Assembly: GCF_003918875.1 (NCBI RefSeq) | Contig: NW_025767681.1 | Location: forward strand, 1 to 64,000 | Direction of reading: 5' to 3' | Source: Haliotis rubra | Taxonomy: Eukaryota | DNA: 64,000 nucleotides | Shown: one piece after another, positions 1-13,402 of the stretch | Layout of the letters: each line of letters begins with the position of its first letter | Numbering within the stretch: the first letter of the stretch is position 1 | Position numbers and translations under genes: made by a program | The notes under the pieces: model-generated | Seen by the model: the letters and a program-made list of their open reading frames with translations, nothing else | Databases searched by the model: none | What the model was told of the DNA's origin: nothing

Positions 1-1919
1 CATGAATCTGGTCATATTTCTTGCCATATGGCTTTGATACGCAAGTATCAACACACAAGCGTGAACAGTCTGCCCTGAAGAGAAACGCGACTTTCATTGT
101 TTAGAGTTACCTCCCTTAGTACATTGCTCAAAGAGTTCCCCGATAGGGACTCACAGATCTGCACAGTGCCTCTTTAGAGTTTTAGTAATGTGACTGAGTG
201 TGTGTGTGTAATTGTGTGTGTGGGGGATTGGGGGTTGGGGGTATTCAGCGCAGCATTTAACCCAACTCATGCTCACGTACTAATCTTCAATGATGTGAAA
301 GTAGATCAATATTTCCAGAAATATACATTAAGCTTAGGCAATATAATTGATTATCTAAAACCAAAAGAGAATAAGACGCCGACAGGCTCTCTGCCATACT
401 TGTTGGTGAAATCATATCAAACTTAAAAAACCATACGCTACTAAAATAATATATGTTCTATACATGCACAAGGTATCTTTTCTAAGGGAACTTTGAAAAG
501 GAGAAATAAATAACTGTACACATCGAGTGTACATATAACAATTTGTTAGGGGCACCAGCGACGTTGTGTTGTTTCATATATTACCAGAAACATATAGAAC
601 ACCTGCATTACTGTCCCCATTATCGAACTGACACACCCAAATGACATTCTATCCAAAACAGTGTTATAACATAACAGGTTCACCAGCAGCACGGAAAACA
701 TACAACCTACGAGCCATACTGTTTCAGAGTCAGCTCCGGTTCTTGCCACCAACAGACGTGTACCTGTGGAGGGTGTCAGTTTCAGCATCACCTGTACACT
801 AGATGCAGCTATCAGTGGAACTACTCTCTTCTACAAGGGTCCTACTTCTAACCAGGAGGCTGCTCATCATCAGTCAGCTGTGGGACATCTGTATCAGGAT
901 ACAATGTGAGTCTAGACAGGACATCCAGGATCGTGACTCTAGACATCGCATCAGCAGATTCCATCAGAGACAGCGGGACATGGAGATGTACTGATGGGGC
1001 TACAGGGTCAAATAACATAACATTGTCACAGTTTGCAGGTGGGTTTTAAGTGTGTGAAAATGGAAACCTATTAACTGTGGATGAGGTTGGAACGTGTGTT
1101 TAATTTGCTACGTCCGAGGGCATACAACACACATCAAAACACACATCAGGTTGTGTTGTATCGCATAGTAGTTTTAGAAAAGACTCTTTACTAAATTATT
1201 TTGCTTCTTTTCGGAACTGTTAAAATACACAGGATAAGCTTATTCATTGTTTATTCAAATCCCGGGCATCACACATTCCTCCATAGCTTTCCCTAATGTA
1301 CAGTAAATTTGAACTGACAACATTTATGCCTGATTAATTGTTTCTGAATGTTTTAATCCACATACCAGAGAACTGTCATGTTTGTCTTTCCTCTCATCAC
1401 CAGCTGACACACAGCAGGGTATAACGAACAGACAGTGACGTTATAGAGTCACGTATTTGTGCAAGACGATACGGTGTTAAACATACACACACTTCACGTA
1501 GTCATGGCTAATGGAACGAGAGAACTATATATCATACAAGGTTACATTGTTATGACGTAGTCTGGATTATTTATAGTTGATATGTTTGTGGTTTTATAAT
1601 ACCATTGTGAACGTACTGTAACGATGCTTCCAGCTGAAGGTGTGATGCTACCAGTTGTTTATGCTTGCATAAACAAGTAAACAAACCGTAAGCAGTCAGC
1701 GTGGTAAAGCATGCTCCTGTGTTAATACCAATCCTTCACTGACTGAACAGTGTTGCCCTGTACGATTTAGTTAAAGCACGAGGGCTAATAGTTCAGATCA
1801 AGATTTCACTTTATTACACTTGACATGATGGCAGAGCGTACTGTATTTCTCTTTGTGAGATGACAAATGTTACAACGACGATTAATCTAAGGTACAAAAG
1901 AAATCATGATCTAAATTAA

Positions 1920-2200
1920 CATCCCAAAGTTAAATTTAAGCTTACCAAGTTTTGTAAACGTAGTAGTTTTGTTCTAACAAAATTCGGCTATATTTTCCTA
2001 CAATTGCCAGCGGTTGAAGGGATGGTGTAAATCCAACTAGGGTCCATGCAGGTAGCAAAGGCACTGTAAGTCTCCATGGTCCCTAGTATGGTGATTTACC
2101 TTCAGTTGCTGGTGATTTAGAGCCCGTTTATATATTGTATTGTCTTGCATAATAGTATAATTTGTTAGTAACATGCTAGTTTTATATCTCTATCTGTGAT
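1920..2200 (+). mobile_element. 3' UTR fragment of the I/Nimb-type LINE; its (TCAC)n tail is probably the piece at ~3720-3856
   Basis: gaagggatggtgtaaatccaactagggtccatgcaggtagcaaa...tagtatggtgat matches 35565-35660. The stretch 3789-3856 matches the LINE terminus 35823-35886. Confidence 0.8.
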
Positions 2201-2228
2201 ACACGAAGGAGATAAATGTACTGTGTTT

Positions 2229-2357
2229 GGAAATTAGATGAATGTTAGACCGAATTGATAGTCTCTTAATTTCATTTAAAACCGAACGCGTAGCATGAGG
2301 ATTTACAAATGATCAATTTAGAGACTATCAATTCGTTCTAACATTCATCTAATTTCC
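2229..2357. repeat. Inverted repeat/hairpin with ~45-bp arms, probably a subterminal structure of a non-autonomous DNA element
   Basis: ggaaattagatgaatgttagaccgaattgatagtctct is the near-perfect reverse complement of agagactatcaattcgttctaacattcatctaatttcc. Confidence 0.75.
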
Positions 2358-3254
2358 ATTCTATATAACCGATTTAAAATCGAACTTCCTCGTCCTGCGG
2401 AAGACACTGAGTCATGGGACAAGAGGCGCATTGTACTCGTCTGTGAAGGGAGTGGTAGGTGCCGTTCGTATTTTTTTAACATTACAACATAAAATCATTA
2501 TGTCCAAGGTAACCAAACTACTGCTTATTCATGGTTTTATAATCATCCACACTACCGAATCAAGCCTATTGTTTTGTGTGCCGTGTTACTGTCCCCAACT
2601 GGCCACACTATAGTGGAATGGTCTCACCTACTTACTTTCTTTGATGTAGACAGTTACGCAACAGTTTGAAATGGCGGACGAGCAAGTGTTTACATTTTGC
2701 GAAAGGTTGAAATTTGAAATGACAGTGGAAAATACTTGAATGACTGTCGAATCTGAACCCTACAGAATCGAAGAATAAACCCTTTCTAATCGACCTACGA
2801 CCTGTAACTCACCAAAGACTGTTGGTTTTGTACTTTGTGTACATGCGACTAAATTGGGATTCCTTGAAACATTGTTCTCATCATTTGGGACTGGATTGTG
2901 GCCAAGCTTTTTCAAAGTGTACGAACATAGCAGTGACAGCCTTGCGGGGAAGGTGGCAGAGCGCGGAATTCTCGTGGTTCAATTTTTTGACATTTTGAAC
3001 GATGCAAGGGGACATGATGGAGTAAAAAGCGACATAAATGTTGTGGTTTGCCTGACCGTTATCTTGCGAATTTTCCATTCTAAACGGAAACAAATATACC
3101 ATTTACCAGGTAGGTAAAAGTTTACTAACGTTTTGCTGCACAAATAGGGATAGATAGGGATGTATTTTTACAAGGCTTTCGGAGTTTATATGTTAGATAC
3201 TGTTTGTTTATGTTTCAGGCTGTGTATTGTAATTGAGTTTGAATATTTTAGAAT

Positions 3255-3427
3255 AGACTGACTGACTGACTGAGTTTGGTTTTACGCCGCTTTTAGCAAT
3301 ATTCCAGCAACATCATGGCGGAGGACACCAGAAATGGGCTGCACACATTGTACCCATGTGGGGATTCGAACCCAGGTCTTCGGCATGACGAGCCAACGCT
3401 TTAACCACTAGGTTACCCCACCGTCCC
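3255..3427 (-). mobile_element. tRNA-derived SINE with (TCAG/TCAC)n tail
   Basis: The reverse complement shows a tRNA-like head (A box tagtggttaaagcg, B box gggttcgaatccc) and a 3' tail resembling the LINE end; flanked by the ttttagaat TSD. Confidence 0.85.
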
Positions 3428-4621
3428 TTTTAGAATTGAAAGTAATAATTATGAAAGTAAGGTTCCCTAATAATTGTGGAGGAGAAATGGTATAATTGTA
3501 TTTTTTGAGTTTGAATAAATGTTTCATCAGCATTGCCATCATGTCTTTTGTGTTGATATTAGTAATGTTGGTGGCCAAGCTGAAGTAGTGCGGCAGTGTT
3601 GTCTACGTGCGCAGTGAAGCGCCGTGAAATCAGACGCATTGTCAGTCCAAAATCGATACCGTCTGATTTTATTGATTGACCAATCAAATTCGAGCATTTC
3701 ACGTAGCCATGGTAGAATAGAAGTTTTACTGTTCATCGTAAACAGTTACATTACTTCTAATATTATTGATCTTTACTCATAATTAATTGTTCTCGTCACG
3801 ATATGGCTGAAATATTGCCGATGTGACGCTAAATATTAACTCACTCACTCACTCACCCTTAACTAACAGTTCTCGTCCTGTTCATTGCTGTATCTGCACT
3901 CTACGTTAAGATACACGCTACAAATGAAACATGATAAAAAGTTTCAAGACTGTTCACTTTCAGGTTAAATAACTTCTCTTTATATCATTCTAAATATACT
4001 TGTGATTATAACCAAATGACATGCTTTACATAGGAAATATGATCAGCGCATCCAGGTCAGAATAGTCACGTCATTTTGCACAGATGCATTGTGGGACTGT
4101 GAGCGTTGACCTAATCAGAGAACATTTCCGTGTCGCAGTTTAGTTGACAGTCAGGCCACTGAAAACATGAAACGGGTTATTTGTACTTATCATTTGCAAA
4201 ACTGTAATATTTAATCGTGAATCGGGACGTCGGTTACCAAGGGTACGTTTGATTCCGAAGGGTAGACTAGAGTGGCATATGGGAGTCCATTCTTTGTGGC
4301 GTAATTAAATAAGTGTACTTTATCGCCTGATCTATCGGCGCCATTGATCTTTTAGCGAAGTGTCTAAGAAAGACGTTTAAATATCTACACCAAAGTTACA
4401 TTTATATCTTTCCTTCTTACAAGCTATACTGAACTGGAGCTCTGTGACCTTCTCTCCACAACGGACTTCTCTCCCGTCCTCCGTGACATCCCAGAACACC
4501 ATCTCCGTCACTGTGACCACTCCATGTGCTGCCCCTGTCGCCGTCATCACATGGAGATACCAACAGGTAAGAAACGTCCTCCAAGTTCATCCTCACACCA
4601 GTGCATATACCCCCAAGAGAA

Positions 4622-4957
4622 CATGTCCATCAGGTCAGGTCCACACAACCAACTCTCTGTCTCTACCAGGGAACACAGTCAGTCTATCTAACTACTGTTT
4701 TGTGTTTACAGGGTGTGAGTGGCGTCCCTCCCAGCAGTACATCTTCCACCCAGGGATCATGTCCATCAGGTCAGGTCCAGACAACCAACACTCTGTCTCT
4801 ACCAGGGAACACAGTCAGACTATCTAACTACTGTTTTGTGTTTACAGGGTGTGAGTGGCGTCCCTCCCAGCAGTACATCTTCCACCCAGGGATCATGTCC
4901 ATCAGGTCAGATTCAGACAACCAACACCCTGTCTCTACCAGGGAACACAGTCAGTCT
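4622..4957 (+). repeat. 136-bp tandem duplication (~2.5 copies) spanning a splice acceptor and exon start
   Basis: tttgtgtttacag|ggtgtgagtggc at AG 4711 and AG 4847. Confidence 0.9.
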
Positions 4958-5900
4958 CTACAACAGGCAGGTGTCTCTCACTGTCAGTGTGGAACATGAC
5001 TCCTTTGATCCCCCGATGTATACCAAGTCTGTCACTTCAAACACCTACAGTGGTGGGTAGAACACCGGGTTTAGAATTATACCATCAATTACCTGGTTGG
5101 TGGTTAATACTGATGCGACCGTTTGAGGTGTTGATATTAATTTTACTAAATGATTATGGACATGTTCGCTTAATCTTTGTGTAATGCGGTCTAATGTATG
5201 TTAATGCATGTATGGACGATGATAGACAGATACAGGTATTTGTCTTGAAGTAGTGATAAGTAACGAAACAGTTCTAATCTATACAATATGCAAAACAAAA
5301 TATTCACTCCGGACTCCGGCTTACGTTGAGCGATCTAATCTAGATGTAGAAACTTTTTTAAATGACGTTTCCTTGCCATATGATAATTCTTTCTGTACTA
5401 ATAATTCAATTGTTGATTGCATGTACATTGTATATCAAGGGAAAGGCATTGAATAAGTTGATCCAGCAACACTTTTTCGTATATGTTTGAAATGGAGTCC
5501 ACCTCATGACATATTCATCATTAGAACATACCATTGCAAATCAAACATGCTACCGATGTGACAGTACATTGCTGTTAATGTCAGGTGTTATTACAGTTCA
5601 ACTTGCTATTCCAGTCCCAGTTACCCAGTGATACTGACAAACATCAGTTCTGATAATGAGAAGATAGGACTAGTGACAGGTCAATCCCTGACCTTGACCT
5701 GTGTGACGTCAGCCAGTTTTCCCACTTCTACTGTGAGCTGGGTGACCTTGCCATCAGGGACGGCACCTACAACCAGCACACAGAGACGACATTTGGTGTC
5801 CTGGTGAAGACAACAAGCCCGTCACATTCACTGTCAGTAGGAGTGACCTGGGGAGGAGCATTCGTTGTTAGGCTGAAAACATCAACGGTCAGACATCCCC

Positions 5901-6900
5901 ACAGTCTAACAGAGCCACACTGGAGGTTTGGTGTAAGTAGACACAGTCTAACAGAGCCAGACTGAAGTTTTCGTGTAAGTAGACATAGTCTAACAGAGAC
6001 ATACAGGGGGTTGGTGTAAGTAGACAGAGACTAACAGAGCTACACTGGAGGTTTGGTGTAAGTAGACACAGTATAACAGAACCACACTGGAGGTTTGGTG
6101 TAAGTAGACACAGTGTAACAGAACCACACTGGAGGTTTGGTGTAATTAGACACAGTCTAACAGGGACACACTGAGGGGTTGATGTAAGTAGACGCAGTGT
6201 AACAGAGCCATACAGTTCTTTTGTGTAAGTAGACAAAGCCCAAGACAGAGCCACAGTGGAGGTTTGGTGTTAAGTAGACACAATCTAAGAGAGCCTACAG
6301 CAGTCTAACAGAGCCACAATGGAGGGGTTGGTGTAAGTAGACACAGTCTCACAGGGCCACATTTGAGGTTTGGTGTAAGCAAACACAGTATAAAAGGGCC
6401 ACACTGGAGGTTTAATGTAAGTAGACACAGTCTAACAGAGCCACGCTGGAGGTTTGGTGTAAGTAGACACAGTCTAAAGAGCCACACTGGAGGTTTGGTG
6501 TAAGTAGACACAGTCTACCAGGACCACACTGGAGGCTTGGTGTAAGTAGACGCAGTCTAACAGAGCCACACTGGATGTTTTGGTGTAAGTAGACACAGTC
6601 TAAAAGGGCCACACTGGAGGTTTGGTGTAAGTAGACACAGTCTAACAGAGCCACACTGGAGGCTTGGTGTAAGTAGACACATTCAAACAGAGCCACAGTG
6701 GAGGTTTGGTGTAAGTAAACACAGTCTAACAGGGCCACACTGGAGGTTTGGTGTTGAGTAGACGCAGTCTAACAGAGCCACACTGGAGGTTTGGGTTAAG
6801 TAGACACAATCTGATAGAGCCACGCGTGAGGTGTGGTACAAGTAAACACAGTCTACCAGGACGACACTGGAAGTTTGGTGTCAGGAGACACAGCGTGACT
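5901..6900 (+). repeat. 42-bp minisatellite (~23 copies) made of exon end + splice donor
   Basis: Unit acagtctaacagagccacactggaggtttggt|gtaagtagac. The first copy is the end of exon 5597-5932 (SNRATLEVW); distal copies decay. Confidence 0.92.
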
Positions 6901-7649
6901 CAAATGCTGCTGAGCTATACTGGAAGATTGTTGAATGAAGACAGTCTAACAGATCCCACCTAAATATGCTCCATGAGTAGAGACAGTCTCACAAAGCTCT
7001 GAGGAAATATGCCAACATTTAGGATTTGTTCCATGTTTGTACACGTTTTAAGAACAAAGACAAATTTAACGCAAGACATCAGCTTTAACTGACGTTTTTT
7101 TTAAGATATAGCATATGGGTATAGAGTACGTTTACTACGATGAATGATAACTAGAGAAAATAGTGAAGTAAATATCTACAAATAGAGATTAAAGCAAGGT
7201 GCATTCCACTGAACAGATTCTTAACCCTTAGACTAACAGTTATTCGTCATGAGCGAGCTAACTGTAAACTTTGTATACTGTGTATCAGACGGACCAGACA
7301 CAGACCAGGTGAGAGTGACAAAACCAGCAAACACTGTGGTAGCGGAGGACCGTGACCTGACCTTAACATGTAAAACCTTGACCTCCGTGTCTCCTGGCGT
7401 GACCTTCACCTGGGACTACAGTGACGGGTCGGACATTACAGGAGGAAGTACAGGATCTGTGACAAAATCACCGAGTACCACGTGGTCACAGACTCGGGAC
7501 ATTCCGTCCTGTCAGGAGCAAGCCAGATGTCAGATGCAGTGTGAGAAACACCAGGACAGCAGTGGTCGTCAACAAGACTCTGTCACTCGGGGATGTCAAG
7601 TGTAAGTTGATTTCGCGTGTTTGAATGGACCTATGTACATATCCTTATC

Positions 7650-8485
7650 CTTACACCTCTGTGATGTACGTATAAACTTACATTATACTTTATGTTTGGA
7701 TCCATCAGCCCCACATCAAGATCGCCCATACCGTCCATGATTTCCACCTATGCGGATTTATATATATAACATTAATCTTACATGATACTCATCTTTGATT
7801 GTACAGACTCCACCTCCAGACCGCCATGCAGTCCATGATTTCACCTCTGTGATGTATATATAAACTTACATTATACTCATCTTTGGATCCATCAGGACCG
7901 ACCTCCAGACCGCCCTACAGTCCAGGATTTCACCTCTGTGATGTATATATATATATAAACTTACATTATACTCATCTTTTGATCCATCAGACTGACCTCC
8001 AAGCCGCCCTACAGTCCAGGATTTCACCTCTGTGATGTATATATATATAATAATCTTACATGATACTCATCTGTTGATTCTACAGACCCACCTCCAAGCC
8101 GCCCTACAGTCCACGATTTCACCTCTGTTATGTATATATAAACTACATGATACTCATCTGTTGATTCTACAGACCCACCTCCAAGTCGCCCTACAGTCCA
8201 GGATTTCACATCTGTGATGTATATATAAACTACATCATACTCATCTGTTGATCCTATAGACCCACCTCCAGGCCGCCCTACAGTCCAGGATTTCACCTCT
8301 GTGATGTATATATAAACTTACATGATATTCATCTGTTGATTCTACAGACCCACCTCCAGGCCGCCCTACAGTCCAGGATTTCACCTCTGTGATGTATATA
8401 TAAACTTACATGATATCTCATCTGTTGATTCTACAGACCCACCTCCAGGCCGTCCTACAGTCCATGGTTTCACCTCTGTGATGTA
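7650..8485 (+). repeat. ~88-96-bp minisatellite (~9 copies) made of intron tail + acceptor + exon start
   Basis: ttgattctacag|acccacctcca, AGs at about 8085, 8172, 8259, 8347 and 8436, with more diverged copies upstream. Confidence 0.9.
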
Positions 8486-8989
8486 CGCTGGAGTCCAAAA
8501 GACCATCCGGTGCACAGTGACGGGGGCAATCCTCTGGCCGACATCACGTGGTCCTGTTACAACACCAGCAACACCGACAGTGAGTCCAGCAGCGGGGGAA
8601 CCAAGACATCCTCACTCACCTTTCTGGTCACTAAACTCCAGAACTCCAGACGGTGTCAGTGTCAAGCAACGTGGATATATGGAGGATACGATGAGACTGT
8701 GACACAGACATTTACTGTGTATTGTGAGTATTGGGGCAGATGTACAGATACATAAGATAGATACGATGAGACTGTGACATAGACATTTGCTGTGTATTGT
8801 GAATATTTATGTATACAAATACTGGGATGGTTTTTTGATGATCTCTTCACAGTGGAGAAAAGAAGCCAAACTCAGTCAGTCCACGAGGATTCGTCTCTGG
8901 GGTTGAATGGTGTACCACACAATCGCCCTGCAAACTCAAGCCTTGGTACTTTGTGTAAATGAGGCTTTGTCGCCACCCTGTTCTTCGTC

Positions 8990-9922
8990 CCCATACCTCA
9001 GCAATGTATCACACTGTATATATGTATTACAGATCCACCCGACAAACCCACTACACAACCAACCCTGGTACTCTGTGTCTCACATCACTGACCTCGGCAA
9101 TGTATCACACTATATATATGTATTACAGATCCACCCGACAAAACCCACCACAACCAACCCTGGTACTCTGTGACTACATCACTGACCTCGTCAATGTATC
9201 ACACTATATATGTATTATTAGATCCACCTGACAAACCCAACACAACTAACCCTGGTACTCTGTGACTACATCACTGACCTCGTCAATGTATCACACTGTA
9301 TATATGTATTACAGATCCAATCTGACAAACCCACCACAACCAACCCTGGTACTCTGTGTCTACATCACTGACATCGGCAATGTATCACACTGTATGTGTT
9401 ACAGATCCACCCGACAAACCCACCACAACTAACCCTAGTACTCGGTGTTTACATCACTGACATCGGCAATGTATCACACTGTATATATGTGTTACAGATC
9501 CACCTTGACAAACCCACCACAACCAACCCTGGTACTCTGTGTCTACATCACTGACCTCGGCAATGTATCACACTGTATATATGTGTATTACAGATCCAAT
9601 CTCGACAAACCCACCACAACCAACCCTGGTACTCTGTGACTACATCACTGACCTCGTCAATGTATCACACTGTATATATGTATTACAGATCCAATCTGAC
9701 AAACCCACTCACAACCAACCCTGGTACTCTGTGTCTACATCACTGACCTTCGTCAATGTATCACACTGTATATATGTATTACAGATCCACCTGACAAACC
9801 CAACCACTACTAACCCTGGTACTCTGTGTCTACATCACTGACCTCGGCAATGTATCACACTGTATGTATGTATTACAGATCCACCCGACAAACCCACCAC
9901 AACCAACCCTGGTACTCTGTGT
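8990..9922 (+). repeat. ~94-bp minisatellite (10 copies) made of acceptor + exon start
   Basis: tatgtattacag|atccacccgacaaacccacc, AGs from 9032 to 9878; the last copy opens the intact exon 9879-10154. Confidence 0.92.
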
Positions 9923-10536
9923 CAAGGAAGGGCTACATCACTGACCTGCTCCTCGTCCCCTGACCACGGCAACCCTCCGGCCACCTTCTACTGGACAAAG
10001 AACAGCATAGCAGTCCACACAGGCAGCTCCTACACTTTCTCTCCAGTGAAGGCCGACAACGGAGCTGACATCAGATGTGCTGCTGGTAACACCTACACCG
10101 ACAGAGCCGGGTCCTCACGTCCACAGTCAAATGCCAGGCAGCTCAGTGTATATTGTAAGAGTCGTAACTCATTTAGGCACAGGGATAAGTTTTTCTGGTC
10201 GTCACATATCAGTGTGCGAATGTTCCTCATGCAGCCCAGAAAACTAAGTGAAGCAGCATATTACGTGGTAAAGTAAAATTATTTTGTTTACATTTTTTTC
10301 TTTCATGTTAACCAAACTGAATGCAATACTACTTTAAACCCCACTCAGACCTGTGAATAACCCGAAACTCTTCTGGTAATCTGTCAGATGTGGGAGCACC
10401 ATCAATTACTCCAGCTGCCACACAGACCAGGAAAGAAGGAGAGAGCCTGGTTCTCTCACATGTTCAGTTGATGGTAATCCTGACAATGCTGCCATTTCCT
10501 GACATTCAATGGTTCCCATACCATACCATGCCATAG

Positions 10537-10915
10537 GGAGGTCAACTGTCAAGGTCATTGTCAACTGTGAGTACAGATAGAGTCTGTGTGTATCACTTTA
10601 GCTAAAGCAGCAGAGACGTCTAACATGGAGGTCAAGGTCATTGTCAACTGTGAGCATGGATAGTGTCTGTGTGTATCACTTTAGCTAAAGCAACAACTCG
10701 GATATCTACAGGGAGGTCAACTGTCAAGGTCATTGTCAACTGTGAGTACAGATAGTGTCTGTGTGTATCACTTTAGCAAAGCAGCAGAGACGTCTAACAT
10801 GGAGGTCAACTGTCAAGGTCATTGTCAACTGTGATCATGAATAGTGTCTGTGTGTATCATTTTAGCTATAACAACACGGATGTCTGCAAGGGAGGTAATT
10901 GTCAACTGTGAGTAC
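10537..10915 (+). repeat. ~88-bp minisatellite (~5 copies) made of exon end + donor
   Basis: ggaggtcaactgtcaaggtcattgtcaact|gtgag is repeated. Confidence 0.88.
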
Positions 10916-13201
10916 TTAGTTAAAACAAGATAAATACCAAAAGCGTGTTTGTTATCAAGTTTCTGCAATGTTGATTAGCTGACGTGGAACCAACATTTAT
11001 GGCCAGTTTTCTATAACTGCAAGACAACTGAGAACGGTGTTGTATTGAGAAGTTTACCTTGTGAAGCAAAGGTACAGACACAGAATATACAGATATAACA
11101 CCATACAGGCACTCCTGACCCGTACAGGATTTGCTACATTCCATGCTATTCTGGCTATTTTACTGACTCACTTGTGTTTGTTTAGGTATTCTCATTTTAA
11201 AGGGATGGCTTCACTTGGAGGAATCAAGCAGATAGTGTTGAAATCCTGAAGTGTTTTAAATTCAGTATCAATTTCGTCCGAAATTCTTTGAATTTTGTTC
11301 AGATGGTGGCCAGAAAACAGAATGAAAGTCAATGAATGGCATGTGTTCAAACACAAACATTTAGGAGGACAACATTTTAGTTTCGTTCAGTATACAGTGT
11401 AGCAGTATACAGTGTAATATTTTGGGATATATTCTTCAGATCCTGGCAAGTATAAGTATGATGACTGCCAACGAATAACTCCCCTCAGCATATAGACTTA
11501 GTGCAGACTGTAGACAAAGGGAACTACACCTGTACCGCCCCACGTCAGCAGGGGCAGTAGTAGTAGTAGTAGTAGCTGCTTAGCAGTTTTAAAATATTCT
11601 GTTGCGTCATAAAATTGGCAACACACCCTTAACTGGAGTTGACACAACATGTACAACCGATATAGAGTTTTAAAAAATGAGTCCCAGTCACTTTTCAAGA
11701 ACTTGCTGAAACCCACTTCTTACAACCGATTGCTTTTGAATAGAACTATTTTTACACTTTCTGTGTTTTTAACGATGTATGCAGCGTCTTTGAGCAACTC
11801 TGATGGAAACTAGGAAATCCAATAATTATTATCATTATCATTATTAAATGTATGTTCCTTATTTGTTTATTAAGGATGCGCTATCAACAGCTGGCATGAC
11901 AGTTAACACATGGATATTTATCTTCCTTTTAGTCATTAAGAAATACTTTCTGTAAGGTTCTCCACGTGTTGATGGGACAGTTTTTCTCCCACTCAAGTAC
12001 GCAACAAGACTAGGCGGTGACGTGATTGTGTCTGTGTCAGTCCTGGCCTACCCCCTTCCTTCATTCACCTGGAGTAGATCCATCAGCACCAGCCAGGACC
12101 TCACTGGTTCCTCCAGCCCTGTCTCAGACATCTCAGTCACTGCCAGACTACACCTTACTAACCTCCAGGAACAGGACTTCGGGGACTACAGTCTTACAGT
12201 GGACAATGGAGTTGGCGAGTCAGTGACATACACAGTCAACATAGTGCCTTCAGGTGAGTTGCCGAACTCCGATTTCTCATTGATCATTCAAGCTTTCAGG
12301 ATTTTCAGATAACTAGATATAACTGCCGTTTGTATGGTTTTACGTTCACGTTAGTTCCACAACTACTAAACTGCAACATTCTAACATGAAACGAATCATT
12401 TTCTGATTTATTTGTTGTAAGGACCACCAAACACACCTACACAGTTTCGAGATCTGCTTAATGCAACTTCGTCGTCGGTATGGCTGTCGTGGCTGCCTGG
12501 GTTCAATGGTGGAAAACCTCAGACGTTTCTGATTGAGTATCGTCGGTTTGCTACAAGAACTTGGACTGTTTATAAATCTTATGATGACAGAGGCGAGACG
12601 ATGGTTGTAGAAGTGACCGCTCTTACACCAGGAGAGATTTATTCATTTCGACTACAAGCTAGAAATGACTATGGGGATTCTGACAGATATGTCTTTGTAG
12701 AAACTACGACTGCAGGAGGTAGGAATCACTCTAAATATATCATGGGAAACTCGTTAGCTGCAAATGATGAAAACGTATGAATCCATTCTAAGAACAACTT
12801 CCAATTTCATAATTAGATAAAGTGAAATCCTTCAAGATGTTGGCAATCCTTCAAGTGTTAAGTGTAATGACTGAACAAATATAATTATCAAGTAAAATTG
12901 GTGTACGTATATGATTCATTTTTGTGGGTAAATATTATCACAGCATCACTTATGTCGTGGTAAATATGATTTTGAACAATTAACGAAGATTAGAACGAAT
13001 AGTTCTGCAAATATTTGATGAAGTAATCACATGGTCTTTGCAATCAAAGTAAGCATGTATGTATGGGTTTAGTTGGCGAGTGTGGGCATGAGAGACGCCA
13101 GGAATGAGCTCCCTGGAGAACTTGGGAAGAATTGCCTTCATGAATCCATGTTTATTGTACACGAAGATTAGCTGGTTCTGGTGGTGAGGGTATCGTGTCA
13201 C

Positions 13202-13402
13202 TGCTTGCCTGGTCGAATAGTTACAGACGGACGTCATGTCACCGGTACATTGACGTACGATTAGCAGGATACGTCGACTAACTGTTTCTGGTGGTCAGGG
13301 TATCTGCTTTGCCTGGTCGAATAGTTACAGACGGACGTCATGTCACCGATACAGTGACGTACGATTAGCAGGAAACGTCGACTAACTGTTTCTGGCGGTC
13401 AG
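13202..13402. repeat. ~104-bp intronic tandem duplication (2 copies)
   Basis: tgcctggtcgaatagttacagacggacgtcatgtcaccg...gtcgactaactgtttctgg occurs twice. Confidence 0.85.
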
